The translations under genes were made by a program, and so were the position numbers. A stretch of DNA of 64,000 nucleotides from Podospora anserina (lineage: Eukaryota). Below, piece after piece: positions 35,825 to 48,813 of the stretch; within the stretch, counting starts at the first letter, position 1; every line of letters starts with the position of its first letter. The notes under the pieces are model-generated. The model had not been told where the DNA came from. It searched no databases and saw only the letters and a program-made list of their open reading frames with translations. The DNA lies in NCBI GenBank assembly GCA_017654855.1, contig CM030333.1, positions 3,534,001-3,598,000 of the forward strand, written 5' to 3'.

Positions 35825-37883
35825 CTACGCAATAATCAGCTCCCTCTCTTTAAACTTACAATCCACAAACTTTGTTAATTCGCCCATGCCAACCCGGACG
35901 TATAGATCCCCAAACTCAGCAGAATTTTGCTTAACCAACAGCACATTCAGAGACTGCCTCTGCTCATCCTCTTCGTCCACATTCCGGGACACAACAACCG
36001 CCATAAAAGGGCCAGCAACCCTATCCCCACGATCAAACACCCCCCAACCAAGGACCTCCTCAACATCACCACCCAACAGAGCATAGCACGCAGAATGCTC
36101 CTCAAAATCGATCACATAAGCATGGATATCACAACCCACATTCCCCAACCTCTCACCAGAAGATCTCACCACCTCCACAGTCAGGCCCCTCAATAACAAC
36201 CTCGCCTCTCTAACCATTTGATCATCAGGCATCACTCCAGACGGCACACCCCCTTCAATTTCCACACAACACTCCACCCTGCCCTCCGGAACAAACGGCT
36301 CCCACGCCACCGGTCCTTCCAACGAAGCCCAAGACCAACTAGGTGCTCGCCGCGTCCACTTGGTCGTCTCCCTCAACTTCACTTCCTCCATCGCCCGATT
36401 CCCATCCGCACGCCACATCATATTCACCGCAAGCATGTCACTCCCCGGACCCCCAGCAGCCACCCCTACGCAAAACGAAATACTATTCCTCATATCCCTA
36501 GCCTTGACATTGGCAATCATACCTTCAACAGCAAATAACTTATCCTCGCCAAAGGTGAGCTCACACGCGGTGTAGTTCTAAACAATGGCGCACCACGCCC
36601 AGGCGGGACCGTGGGAAACGGAGGCGCTGCTGCCGAGGCGTTTGTCTTGATGCTGCGGTCACCAGTCAGTTACATGCATCAAGGGAAAGGGGGACGGTTG
36701 TTGATCTCACTGCTGCCAAGACAAGACCATCCTCAGCAACACTATGCCGGATACACTCAAAGAACAGCTGTCCAACAGAAAACAGGACAATTCTCCGGCT
36801 CAGATTTCGTTCCTGGAGGACCCAGCCCCTGCTGTTCCATACGCTCGCAGTGACGACTTTGTCAAAGGATGGGGTATGTGGTCCTACGAAGAATGTTCGG
36901 GGCTTTGTACGTCCCGGTGGTAGGTAAGAGAGCTCAATAACGGGCTGACTTGTGGTGGTGTCTCGAGGGTGAAACAAACCGCCGGTGGACGAGCTAGAAC
37001 CCGTCGCGGCAATGGTAAGGTGGGCGTTCTGATAGATGAGGCCCATTTGGGGTGCCTCTCGCAGCCAGTCGGGGCTATCATTCTGGATGATACAAAGGGC
37101 GTCAATCCAGAGGTAGCGGAGGCCGAGATTCCTCGTTGCGATGACGGCATCGCGGAGGGTCGCTGGCATGGCGGATATGTTTATTCCCGTGGTGGTGTGT
37201 TCAGCCAAGTTCGACTTGAGGGTGCGAAGTTGTGTGGCTGCTGGACCCCAGCAGTAGCTCAACGCCGCGTATCGTCCCAGTGCATTCTGACGATCCGTCA
37301 GTTTGACAAAGGGGGTGTTGTTAGTCCCGACGTCCAACAGCCTGGTGGGAAAGCGGGTTGTGGATGATGTGTCTGCATCCGCCAAGGGCACAGAGTTGCA
37401 CTCTGTATGGCTTCTCAGACAGGTTTCGAGCCATGTCTGGATTTGGCGGAAAGCTCCAGGGGAGTTTGGTGCTGGATGAAGAGCGTGGCCGGCAATATCC
37501 CCAGATAGAGCTGCATCACTTGATGGATCTGCCCAAGCGTGCAAAAAAGCTCGGGCGTTGGAATTAGTTACGAGAACTGTTATTACACAGAGCTCACGTC
37601 TTGTGTGTTCTACCCTGTGGTATTTGTCTGAAGACAGAAGTACCTGGTGTACCCTCCCTTTCTTCAGCTTGATGGTGGGGCACGAGGTTTTGATTAGCTC
37701 GTCAAGTATTAACTTGCAAAGCGGACAGAAACTTGAAGACTGCCCCAGGTCTTGATAGGTTCGGTGGCGGTAGCCGAGCTGTTGACCGGTGGCTGTTGTG
37801 CGTATGGATGAGACTGTAAATGGTGATACACCACGACAGGAATCGCAGAGGCCCGAGGTGCTTTCCGTGTTCAGAGAGCTCAT
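35825..37883 (-). pseudogene. HET-domain gene with one in-frame premature TAG (36580-36578)
   Basis: FPTRLLDV, YAALSYCWG, YLWIDALCIIQ, WNSRGWVLQER. Phase-0 intron 36710-36653, then HQDKR...WAWCAIV*NYTACELTFGEDKLFAVEG, continuing in frame into the 35825-36520 ORF (RAPSWSWAS). Confidence 0.8.
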
Positions 37884-39699
37884 GTTTGCCTGGTAATCTT
37901 GACACGACTCAACAGTAAGGTCAGGTATCAAAGGTGGTGATACTGGTTTAGGCTGGAAGCAAAGGAATAGACGCAAGTCCAACAACCAGACCAATGGTGC
38001 CTTTTCTCGCCGCTTTTTGCTCCAATCAAGTGACGGTTCCCTGTACTCTTTACTTGGTCGCTATCTACAGACAGCTGCGCCGCTCACAAAAAACTTACCC
38101 ACGCCGCATAAAAGAATCAGCAAAATATCTCCACGGAACGTTACCACTATTGTCGATGTTGGTGTTTGGATGCAGCAACGTTGGTTATGGTGGGGCTCGG
38201 CAAGTTTCCCTTCCACATGACGGCACGGCACGATGATTTCCAGCCAGGGTTTCGGGACCCGGCAGCTGGACACGATGGCCCGTGCCAAGAACATTCCAAC
38301 GAGAATCGAGAAGATCATCAAAAATAGATCCATCTTCACCCGGGAGGCCAAAACAATCGAAGATCTTTCAAGTTTCACTTCAGCTGAAGATCATGAAGAT
38401 CGACCTGAAACCACCTGGAATGTGATGAGTTGGAGGCTTTGGAATCGCAGATGCAACCACAACAGTTCGGCATAAACAAACTGAACGAATCGACGGAAAT
38501 CAGAACAGCCACCTCCACATCTCCTCCGCAAACCTCCTTTCCACCACCACGAACCACGACAAGGGTTGTCTTCCGAAGGGCACAAACGGGCACACGGGTA
38601 GGAGCAGATGGCGCAAAACAACGCCTTCTTGCATCCCCATTCCCGTATCTTTCTTTTTGCCGACGGACCCCTCAACGTCAATATTACCGGCCCAATTCCT
38701 CAGAAATGGATGCCTCGGACTTCGGCACTGGAGGCAAGTTTGAGAGGTCGATAAAAAATCCCAAAAATGGAAATGCAAAAATACCGCTCTGACCAACATC
38801 AAAAGATTCAGGTCCCCACTGTCCCATCAACGTGGCTCGGATCAAACCCCAAGCGTTCTAGGCTCTTGGTTGGCGTTCAATAGTGACAGCTTGGACAGGA
38901 GGCCATCATGCCAGTCACTTGTCTGCAGCCCAATCATCTCGGGGCGAAATCGAATGCCCATCCCCATACACAACAACTCCCATCTGATGCTGGCTCTTGG
39001 GGCTTCCCAATGTGGGAGGTAAGGTGTTTGCTGGTCACTGCAGCGAGTGCAGTGTGAGCGTTATTCCGGGCATCCAGTGCGGCTGGAAGCACTGATGGTG
39101 TGGATTGGCGGTGATGGAGTGATTCGAGATGAGCCCAGCCAATCACATCGGCTCCTTTCGGCAAGCAGCCCCTCTTGGCAGCTCTTGGACCCTGGGATTC
39201 AGACGAACAAGCACCCCTGTCCCCAATAATACGAACGTGGGAAGCGAACAGGGGGGGCCGGATAGGATAAGGCAGAGGTCGAGGCTTGGGTGAGATGCGG
39301 GATCCGCATTCGCCAGGGGGTCACAAGGTTCATGCAGGCCTCACTCCCAATCTCCTCTCTCAGCTCGTCGACGGAAGAGAAAAGAAAAACCGATATGAAG
39401 AACGCCGCTGCCGCTCACATCGGCCTGTGGGTCGACTCCTGTTCTTCTTCTTCTCTTTCTTCTCGAACACCCCGTTTGTGCGACAGAAGAGACGTTCAGT
39501 CTTTCTTCTTCTCGGGCATTGTCGTCTGCTGTTGTCCGATCTTACATACGTTCGCTTTCCGCCATATCATTCACTCGCTCACTCGCTCGAATCCGAGACG
39601 AGATCTCACACATCGTACAACCCTCGCTATATAGACTCGACATTTCCGTCATAATACCTAATGTTTTAGACAAGATCGCAACCAGAGAACCGAGACACA

Positions 39700-42600
39700 A
39701 TGAGAACCAGAACCAGCAAGGGCTCTATCCTTGCCGGCCTGCTCCTGGCAGCGGGAGCGGGAACCGGCAGGGCGGATCCGACATGGCCCGCACCTACCGA
39801 TCAGATGGAGGAGATTGTTTTCCAGCTTCAGGGCATGGACGGGAGTTTGTTCAGTGATAACATCACGCCTTGTGATAATGAGGCCGCTGGGCCGGGGAGG
39901 GTGACAGCTAGCGAGTGGCTGCGCGTTGCTTTTCAGTATGTGACTTTTTTCTTTGCGAGGACGGTCTTTGAAAAGGGCAAGAGAAGGGTTTATTGAGATT
40001 GAAGATGGAGGGGGTGGTTTTTGGAGAACTGGAAATGGGATGAGCATCCAACTTGAGAACAAATGCTGATGCAGACGACAGTGACATGGCTACCCACAAC
40101 AGGTTTTTTGACCGGGGCGGTCTTGACGGCTCGTTGCAATTCGAGCTTAGAAGCTCTGAAAACACGGGCCCAGGACACAACACCACACTCCAGTTCTACG
40201 CGACATATTTGTCCAGCCGGTCAAGTCTCGCAGATCTGATCGCGGCCGGAGCGTATGCCGCCGTTCGCGCCTGCGGAGGACCAGTCATTCCACTGAGATT
40301 GGGACGCAAGGATGCGCTGACGGCCGGCTCCTCTGGTGTTCCCCAACCAGAGAACTCAGTTGGCAGTTTCGTATCGCAGTTCGACCGCATGGGCTTCTCC
40401 CAGGCTGAGATGATTCAAGTCGTGGCCTGCGGTCATACGCTCGGAGGAGTTCACAGGACCGAGTTCCCCAACATCATTCCCGCCGGCGTGTCCAATATTC
40501 CCTTTGATACGTCCAAGGCCACCTTTGACAACAGGATTGCCACCGAGTATGTGTCTGGTAACACCACCAACCCCCTCGTAGTTGGTCCAGCAATTGCTAT
40601 CAACCGCCATTCCGATTTCAAGGTCTTCAACAGTGACGGAAACGCCACTATCAACACCATGACATCGCCCAGTGCTTTCCAGAGCATCTGCCAGACTGTT
40701 TTGCAGAAGATGATCGATGTGGTACCGTCCACTGTGACTTTGACTCCACCTATCGCTCCGTACACCGTCAAGCCGCAGGATATGCAGCTCACTCTTCAGT
40801 CCGGTGGCGCCAGCTTCCTCCTTACCGGAAAGATCCGTGTCCGGACTACCGAGATTCCCGGTAGCACCATCACCAACTTGGTTTTGACTTGGAAAGACAG
40901 GAACGGTGGTAACAGCTGTGGCTCTTTGTCATCCTGCTCCACGACCGCTACTCTTCAGGGTATTGCCAACGGTTTCGATGACACCTTTGCCTTCTTCCCG
41001 ATTGAGGCTACCATCCCTACATCGACCGGCATCTCCTCTTTCACAATCACCATCAACCGCAACGATGGCTCGAGCCAGACATTCGACAACAATGGAAACA
41101 CCTACCCCTTGTCGGACGCCGTTGTCTTGCAAAAGACCCAGAGCTGCCTGTTGCAGACATCAGGCCAACTCACTGTTGCGGCCGTTGTTCGCAACGATGT
41201 CGTCGGTGTTCCAGTGAACCTCGATATCGAGTATCAGACGCCCCGTACCGGTAACAGCGGCAACCCAGTCCCTGCCATCAACACAGCTACTGTTCAAATG
41301 ACTGAAGGTGACTGTGTCGGTCCCTACACTTTCTACTCGGCCAGCTACACCATCCCCGGCGGCCGCAGCTACAACGCCAGAATCAGCATCACTGCTGGCG
41401 AGCACACCGATGACTTCAACAAGGCCAGCATCTTTGGCGGTACATGTGGCAGCTTTACAGGCACCCTTGCCTGCGGCAACATTACTGAGCCCGTTAGCAC
41501 TACGAGCTCCTCGGCCACCGCCTCCAGCACCTCGACCTCGGTCTCGAGCAGCGTGGTCACAACCACGACTACCGGCAGCACCGGTGTTCCCACCCCTAGC
41601 ATCAGACCCAGCGTTGGTGGCTACAGCTTTGTTGACTGCTGGACCGAAGGTGCTGGTGGCATCCGCGCTCTTGGCGGTGCGTCTTTTGCCTACGATGAGA
41701 TGACTCTTGAATCCTGCGCCGCCAACTGCACTGGTTTCGATCTCTGGGGTACTGAGTATGGCCGTGAGTGCTACTGCGGAAACAGCCTTCACTCCAGCAG
41801 CTCCGAGGCTCCTGAAGCCGAGTGCAACATGCCCTGCGGTGGTGATCCGAGTGCCTTCTGCGGTGCTGGCAACAGAATCCAGCTCTATTCTACCACGGCC
41901 ACACGCAGCACGTCTGCTACTCCCACGCCAACTGCTACCTTGAGCACCAAGCCTACTGTTGGTGCTTATGTGCGTGTTGGATGCCAGACTGAGGCCTCTG
42001 CCGGTCGCGCCTTGTCGGGGAACAGCTATGCTTCTGATGACATGACTCTTGAGTCTTGTGCTGCTTTCTGCAGCGGCTTCACGTATTTCGGCACTCAGTA
42101 CTCTCGTGAATGTCAGTTCTCCAGACGAGATTAATTTATAGGGATATCACTGACATAACAACAGGCTTCTGCGGAAACACCATCAATGGTAACAGCGCTT
42201 CTGCTCCCGATGCGGATTGCAGCATGACCTGCGCCGGCGACCCCTTCTCCTACTGCGGTGCTGGCAACAGATTGGAGCTCTACATCCTGGAGACTGCGTC
42301 CACCTCAACCACCGGTGCCCCTCCTGTCGAAGGTTAGACAGATCGCCTTTTTCCGAATCTTGGACCGACAATTTCCTAACATCTTATCTAGTTACGACCA
42401 CGGCTACTGCCACTGCCACGTCTACCACTTCTGCTGCCCCCACAGGAACACTTTCCCGCGTGCCTACCGTTTCTCCCTATAGTTACGCCGGCTGCTACAC
42501 CGAGGGCACTGGCTCCCGCGCCCTCACCGGAAAGAGCACTTATGACTCCGAGATGACCCTCGAGTTCTGTGCCAGCTATTGCTCTGGTTACAAGTACATG

Positions 42601-43074
42601 GCCACCCAGTACAGCGCCGAGTGCTTCTGTGGGAACACGCTTCACTCAACTGCCACTGAAGCCGCCCAGGGCGACTGCTCCATGACCTGCGCCGGCAACG
42701 AGTTCCAGTATTGCGGAGGACCCAACAGACTCGAGCTGTACGTCCAGGAGGACATCGAGGCCCCAGCTGCCCCTTCCCAGCCAGAGGCCGTTGGCAACTG
42801 GACCTTCTACCAGTGCAGAACAGAGGGAAGCCCAGGACGTGCCTTGGCTGCCGAGACATACGCCGCTGACACCATGACTCTCGAGTCTTGCGCCGACTTT
42901 TGCGCTGGCTACACTTACTTTGGTACCGAGTACGCTAGGGAGTGCTTCTGCGGTAACTCTTTTGGTGTTGGCTCGATCGAGGCGCCTGCGGCAGAGTGCT
43001 TCATGACTTGCGCGGGTAACGGATCGCAGTTCTGCGGTGCTGGTAATCGTCTGAGTATTTACCAAGCTGCTTAG
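39700..43074 (+). CDS. Secreted heme peroxidase (hybrid-B type) with four C-terminal WSC domains
   Basis: Signal peptide; distal WLRVAFHD formed across intron 39936-40081; GGLDGSLQFE; proximal VACGHTLGGVH; four WSC repeats (MTLESCA..C..GTEYGRECYCGN). Further introns about 42112-42164 and 42333-42391. Confidence 0.92.
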
Positions 43075-46000
43075 AGCAAGTGATCAGGGTGTTTGTTGGG
43101 TTGACGGTTTTTTGTTTTTTTTTGGTTTTTTTGGGGGGTTTCATCGTGTATATATTTGTTTTAGTCTTGCCCGTACATTAGGATATCTTGTGATCTAGGT
43201 GTATACTTCCTGGTACTTTTGAATACCTCAAACATGCAAGTTTGTAAACAGACAGATCACCAACCTCTCCAACATTGACTGATCCAGACATTGGCAGACG
43301 TATATGTTTTTGCTCACTTGACACTCAACAACCAACCTATCCAATCTTCCGGTTTTTGTTCGGTTGACCCAAACCACCCAAAGCAAGGATCGCCATGAAA
43401 CCTTTGTGACATGCCGCATCACATCACATCTCTCAGCCTCACCTTCAATTTGTTGCAGACCGTCTTTTCGAATACTCGATCATCAAACCAGTCTCAGCAA
43501 CTCCAACAAGTTGCTGGCTTACTACTTTTACTAAACCTCCCAAGACCCCCTTGGCAACCACACAAATCCAACCCCAAAACCTGCTTCCAACATGCAAGCC
43601 AAGCGTCCCCTTTACCTACCTAGCGACAAAACACTCTAGGGATTTTCCCGGGAAAACCTAAATTCCCACTCCTCTTCGTGTTCGTCGGGTGTCAGTTGTC
43701 ATCAATCAGTCAGTTGTTTTGCCCCAAAGTTCCAGACCCAGACCCAGACCCAGACCCAGAACCCCTCACGAGTTAGTAGACCGGAGCCCCCTCCGCACCA
43801 ACAACTGCTCCGCCCAGACTTTTTTTCCCCCACAGGGCATTGATTGCTTGGCAGAGACATGACTCTGGGGAAGATGGGGTAAGGGGCCAAAGAGGGAAAG
43901 GGCTCATGTGATGACGGATATGAACAGCTTGTTGGTTGACAGTGACGGTTGGATGGTAGACTACTGTGGTTGATATCACCAAGCGAAGAAACAGAGAATA
44001 AAGAGTTGGATTGGTGAACCACCAGGAATTCGATCGTCACATAGGTAAAATGCAGGTTTGAACAAAGCACCCAAGAACGACTTCTCCTGCCTGCCCCATG
44101 TCAAAGGAGGGGGCTGCACTAGGGAGCCCAGAGAACCAAAAAGCTGGAGGAGAAAAAAGCTGGAGGACAGGCGGAGGTATCCGTACCCAAAGCTCCACCA
44201 AACTTTGCATGACAATGCAAAGTGTGCTAGCTTTGGGCTTGGTTCCCCCCCCCCCTTTCCGTGTCCTTTTCCCCAGCTTTTTCTCTTTGGTTTGGTTTTG
44301 GGCAGCTAGCTAGGTGAATCCATGAATCGTTAATTAGATCGCCAGCAGGCAGAGCGAGTTCGGTTCTCGGTCTTGTCAATTCATCAGCCTCAGTCTGTGT
44401 GTGTTCGTCCGGTATTACACTACCTACCGAAGTGGTGAAAGTACCTTTTAGTAAAGTTCGGTACGTACCTACCCAAAGGGACAGAACAGACAGACAAAAC
44501 CGGCCGGCAGATGCAGAATGTCTGAAAAGGGAATAAATGACTGATAAGCATCTGATTTTCTTGCTTTTGCATACATACAGCAGCATATCGATCGTTTCGG
44601 TTTACACGCCTACAGACGCCGCACACCCTTCGTCTGTGTCAATTGCAGTGACATCCAAATTGATGAGATCTAAATCCCCATCTCATTGTTCACCTCGTGG
44701 TTTCGCGGTTTTTGTTGCAACAACAGGTGTGTTGTTGTGTGTGTTGTTACCAAAAACTCTCTCGCCACTGCGCCATGGCCTAGCCTCCTCCACATCGATG
44801 GGGTCTGCCCAGCAAAGCTGAAGCTGGAGAAAATGGATCCCCCCCCCCTTCCATGGATCAAAACACAAGAGATATCTAGAGAAGGTTTGACGTGTCTTTC
44901 TTTCTCGCGTCCTCCGGGGCCGTGATCCACCACTTCTCCTCCGCCGCCGTTGGCCAATAATTTTCCCAATGGTTTTACTTGAAACTTCCTTGTCACGGAC
45001 ACGTCCACACCTCTTTTTCTTCATCGTCAATGAGAAGATCCTGTGCTTGGAAAGTCAAGCTAAGAAAACTTGACTAGCTTCAACACCACTGAACACACCC
45101 CCCCTCACCCCCCCTCTTCCGCATCTCTCCCACCCAACTCCCGACCCCGACCCCGACCGCCGGGAAACTACGGAGGTGGGTTGGGGTGAAAAATGGAGCC
45201 CTCTTGGCCCCCGGGGATTAAGTGGATTGAGGCAAGCGGTGCGGACATTGCGGAGGAGGAGGCGGAGGGAATGGCGGGCAATTCAGTGGAGAAAGCAAAG
45301 TTGACAAGCGGGGAGAAAGGCTCAGCCTCTTCATCAGGAGAGGTCCACGCAACACTCATCATCAAGATCGCACACAAAATTGACCCAAACCAAAACAAAC
45401 TTGTCGAAAAAACAAGGGGCAACAAGCCCACCTCCATCCGCAAAACCTGTCCAGGTTTTGGATCCAAGGTAAGGTACTGCTCCCCGAGAGAATGAATACC
45501 CATCCGATCGCCGATCTTATCAAATCATAAATCCTGCCGAAGAAATACATGTACCTACTACAGTCACGACTAATAAGAACCAACCAACCCAAAAGAGAGA
45601 GAGAGAGTCCTGCACATCTTTTTTTTTTCTAGAAAGAAAAAAAATCATCAGCATACCTGCTGCAGTAAATAAAATCCCTAGTTTCAATTTTCGGGTCGGG
45701 GTTACGCTCGGTAGACGACGGAAACAAGGCAAGTTAAAACTGAAATACCAACCAAAAATACGGCAAGGCAAGGTAGTAGCCATGGCGTGAAATAGCCTCT
45801 TGGCTCTGTTTCCAGGCGGCGTTTCTGAAATCCCAAAAAGGGTGCGTGTAGAGAGCGAACATGGTGAGGGGAACAAGGTGAGGATGCACCTTGATAAATC
45901 CGTCTCCCGCCTTCGCTTCGACGTCTCTCTCTCGTCATCAGGCGCTAGTACTGAACAGTGTTAGAGGTTGATCAATTTCACGTGTTTTTCTTAGTGTGAA

Positions 46001-48813
46001 CTTGCTTTTTGCTCTTGGAAAGAAAAGACAACGGTCGTTGGTTGCTACATTGGGGGTAGTAGTGCATGGAGATACTTCTGACTTGTATAAAGGTTTGACA
46101 TGTCTAGTTTTCTCTATGACCACTTGATATGTTCAGCAAAGCAGCTGATCAGCATCTCATCAGAGAACCACATCACCAGCCTCTGTAACAGCAGCAAGAA
46201 GCAAACCAATTCTGATTTGTGGGGATGAAAAGCAGGGACTCTCGAAACGGCAAAAGCTCCACCGATTGTGTGGCCCAAACATCGATCCGTAACTTTCTTG
46301 TTCCTGACTCGAAGCCGAGACCAGATGACAGATGACACAGAACTTACAAAAAGGTACCCAAGGGGCACGATCCGAAAAGTAAAAAAATAAAAATAAAAAG
46401 AATACAATGGTTGCAATGGACGGATGGTGACCACTGTGTGTTGTGCATTATCTCCTTTGCCCTTTGCGTGCTCACAGCACAGGAGATAAGGGCCTGCTTT
46501 CGCTCCATCACCACCTTCAAGTCCAGTTGCCGAGAGCACATTTTCGATATTAAAACTTCCCGTCTTTCGAGAAAAAAGAGCGAACCTTGGCCGACATATT
46601 CCCTTTCTTCTCCTGTTATAAATCTTTACCTGATATGTGTAACCCATCCAGCTTTCCTTTTCAACAACAAGACACACACCGAACATTGTATAACGAAACC
46701 CCCCTGCGGAAAAATATCGGGCCAAGAAACATATCACGACACACACCACCGGGGTGGTCGTTGCTCGGCTCGGACCAGCGGAGCCTGTCGTGTGATTGGC
46801 CAGTCTAGCCCGCTCGCGTCTTTCGCCTCTTTGGCCGTGGACGAGAGGAAGTTTTCTACTTTTTGAGAAAAGAGAGACCTGAGAAAGAGAGAGAGAGTCC
46901 TACCGCTTTAATTTGAGCTACGACGACCAAGTACTACTTACATAACGATACGAGGCAAAGTTGTGTCAAAATGTGTCACATTCTCGAGCGGAAATCGCAA
47001 CTTCTTGGCCTTCCCGCTCCGTGTGACAGAATCTCTGACATGTGCCGTGCTCCATCCCCAACGAGAAGAGAAGGTGTTGTCCGCTGTTGAAGATGGGACA
47101 AAAACCCCTGGGAGGAGGATGGGGTGGAAAAAAACAAAAAAAAAATCAGAGATTAGCACGTGCGCAATCGCGGGGCTGAGCGGAGCAGAACGGATCAGCT
47201 CGGGGCGGAGACACACGAACGAAGCAGCAATCTTGGGTTTCTTGTTGTTGCTTCTCTTTCGCGATTGCACCGATCTCCAGCAGCAGCAAGCAGCGGCATG
47301 GGGCAAGCGTTTTTTTGATTTTCCCTTTTTTTTTTTTGGCTCCACCGGTTTAATTCTTATTGGATGCTCCACAACCCCAACGGACGGACGAGAGAGAGAA
47401 AAAGGCGGGGCCGTAAATGACAGCATCTGGAGAGAGAGAGAGAGAGAGAAGAATTGAGGGGTTGGCCAATGGAAGCTGGCCGATTTTGAACCACACGCAC
47501 ACACCACACATGGTTTTGGCGAGGGATCAGGGGTCGGATCAATGGCTCGAATTGAGAAGCTGATGATACGGACGGACGGTGCATGTTCGATGCGGTGTGG
47601 TGGTGGTAAAGCTGGCAGGTGACTGAGCATAAACTTCACGCAAGAGGAGAGGAGAAGGGGGGTCCATTCTGAAATAATCATCTGCTGGGGTTGAGAGCAG
47701 CATGTGGTTTCGTGACGACGACTTTTTGGGAGTGTTTTGTGTGTACTGGCTCGATTCGACATTTTCCCTCGTGATCGCATGTGAGTGGCCCCCCCTTGAA
47801 CAACTATGTAAACCCCTTCCCGATGTGGGGACGCCTTCTTCGATTTTTCAGATTGATCGGTTTCTGTAAGGTACATGTACATGTCAAGCAACCTGAATTT
47901 CAGGTGGTTGCCGCCTGGATGTATGTATATCCACCAAAAAGAGACGCGGTCTCTTAAGGGAAACGAGAGGCTCAATGGCTAATCTGAAGACTTCATCCAC
48001 GACATACATATAAAAAAAACCTGCGGCATTTGCGAGCACACGAGCAAAATGGCAGTCCAGGACGGGAGGACTGCAGTCAATCTATCAAACTGACTTTGGG
48101 CATTCCGTCGTCACCGCTGCCAGACTTTCGCAATGTTTGGTTGCAACCTCGAAGGTACATCGCATTGGCTTGCGAGTTCAAAGCAGGCGATCCGCCCGCC
48201 CCGGTACGTACCCACATGGCCATGGCCAGCCAGGGCCAACCTCTCCACACCTTGTCCGCTTCTTCCTTGTCGAGCCCCCCCAGATTACTCCATCCAACCA
48301 GGGATGAAGGAGAGTTCCAGCAAAAGGTACGTATCGTCGCCAATGTGTACTTGTGACTTCCTGGAGCCATGAGGACCATGATGGCTGGCAAGATATAATC
48401 TAGTGGTAGCCCCGTTCCCTCCTGTTTCCCCCCACCTTGCTTCTCTCTTCGTGACTCGGAATCTTAGACCGACGGGGAAGTCTAGACGCAGTACCAACGA
48501 CGACGACCTCAACTTGTAAAGCATACCTTGACATTGCTTCTACCATTGTTCTCTCCATTGAAGTGCTTCACTGTCGTCATCACCACCACCCCATCCAGGG
48601 TTAAGCTCTTTTCATCTTAGCGACTCGGGTCCATCTTAGAGCTCCAACGACAACCACTTGCCACTTAACAAGCTTCCGCTTCGAACTGGACGCTACCTTA
48701 CTCATCGCCATTGTTTGCAAGCTCAGGGGGTCCTTCTAACCTTCGAACACTGCTCCTCACCACCATACCACACCACCGGAAAACACACACACACACACAC
48801 CCATCACATCACA

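Noticed and set aside
46938-47975. 345-aa minus-strand ORF
   Set aside because: Non-ATG start, runs through homopolymers and GA microsatellites, and shows no codon bias or motifs; probably chance.
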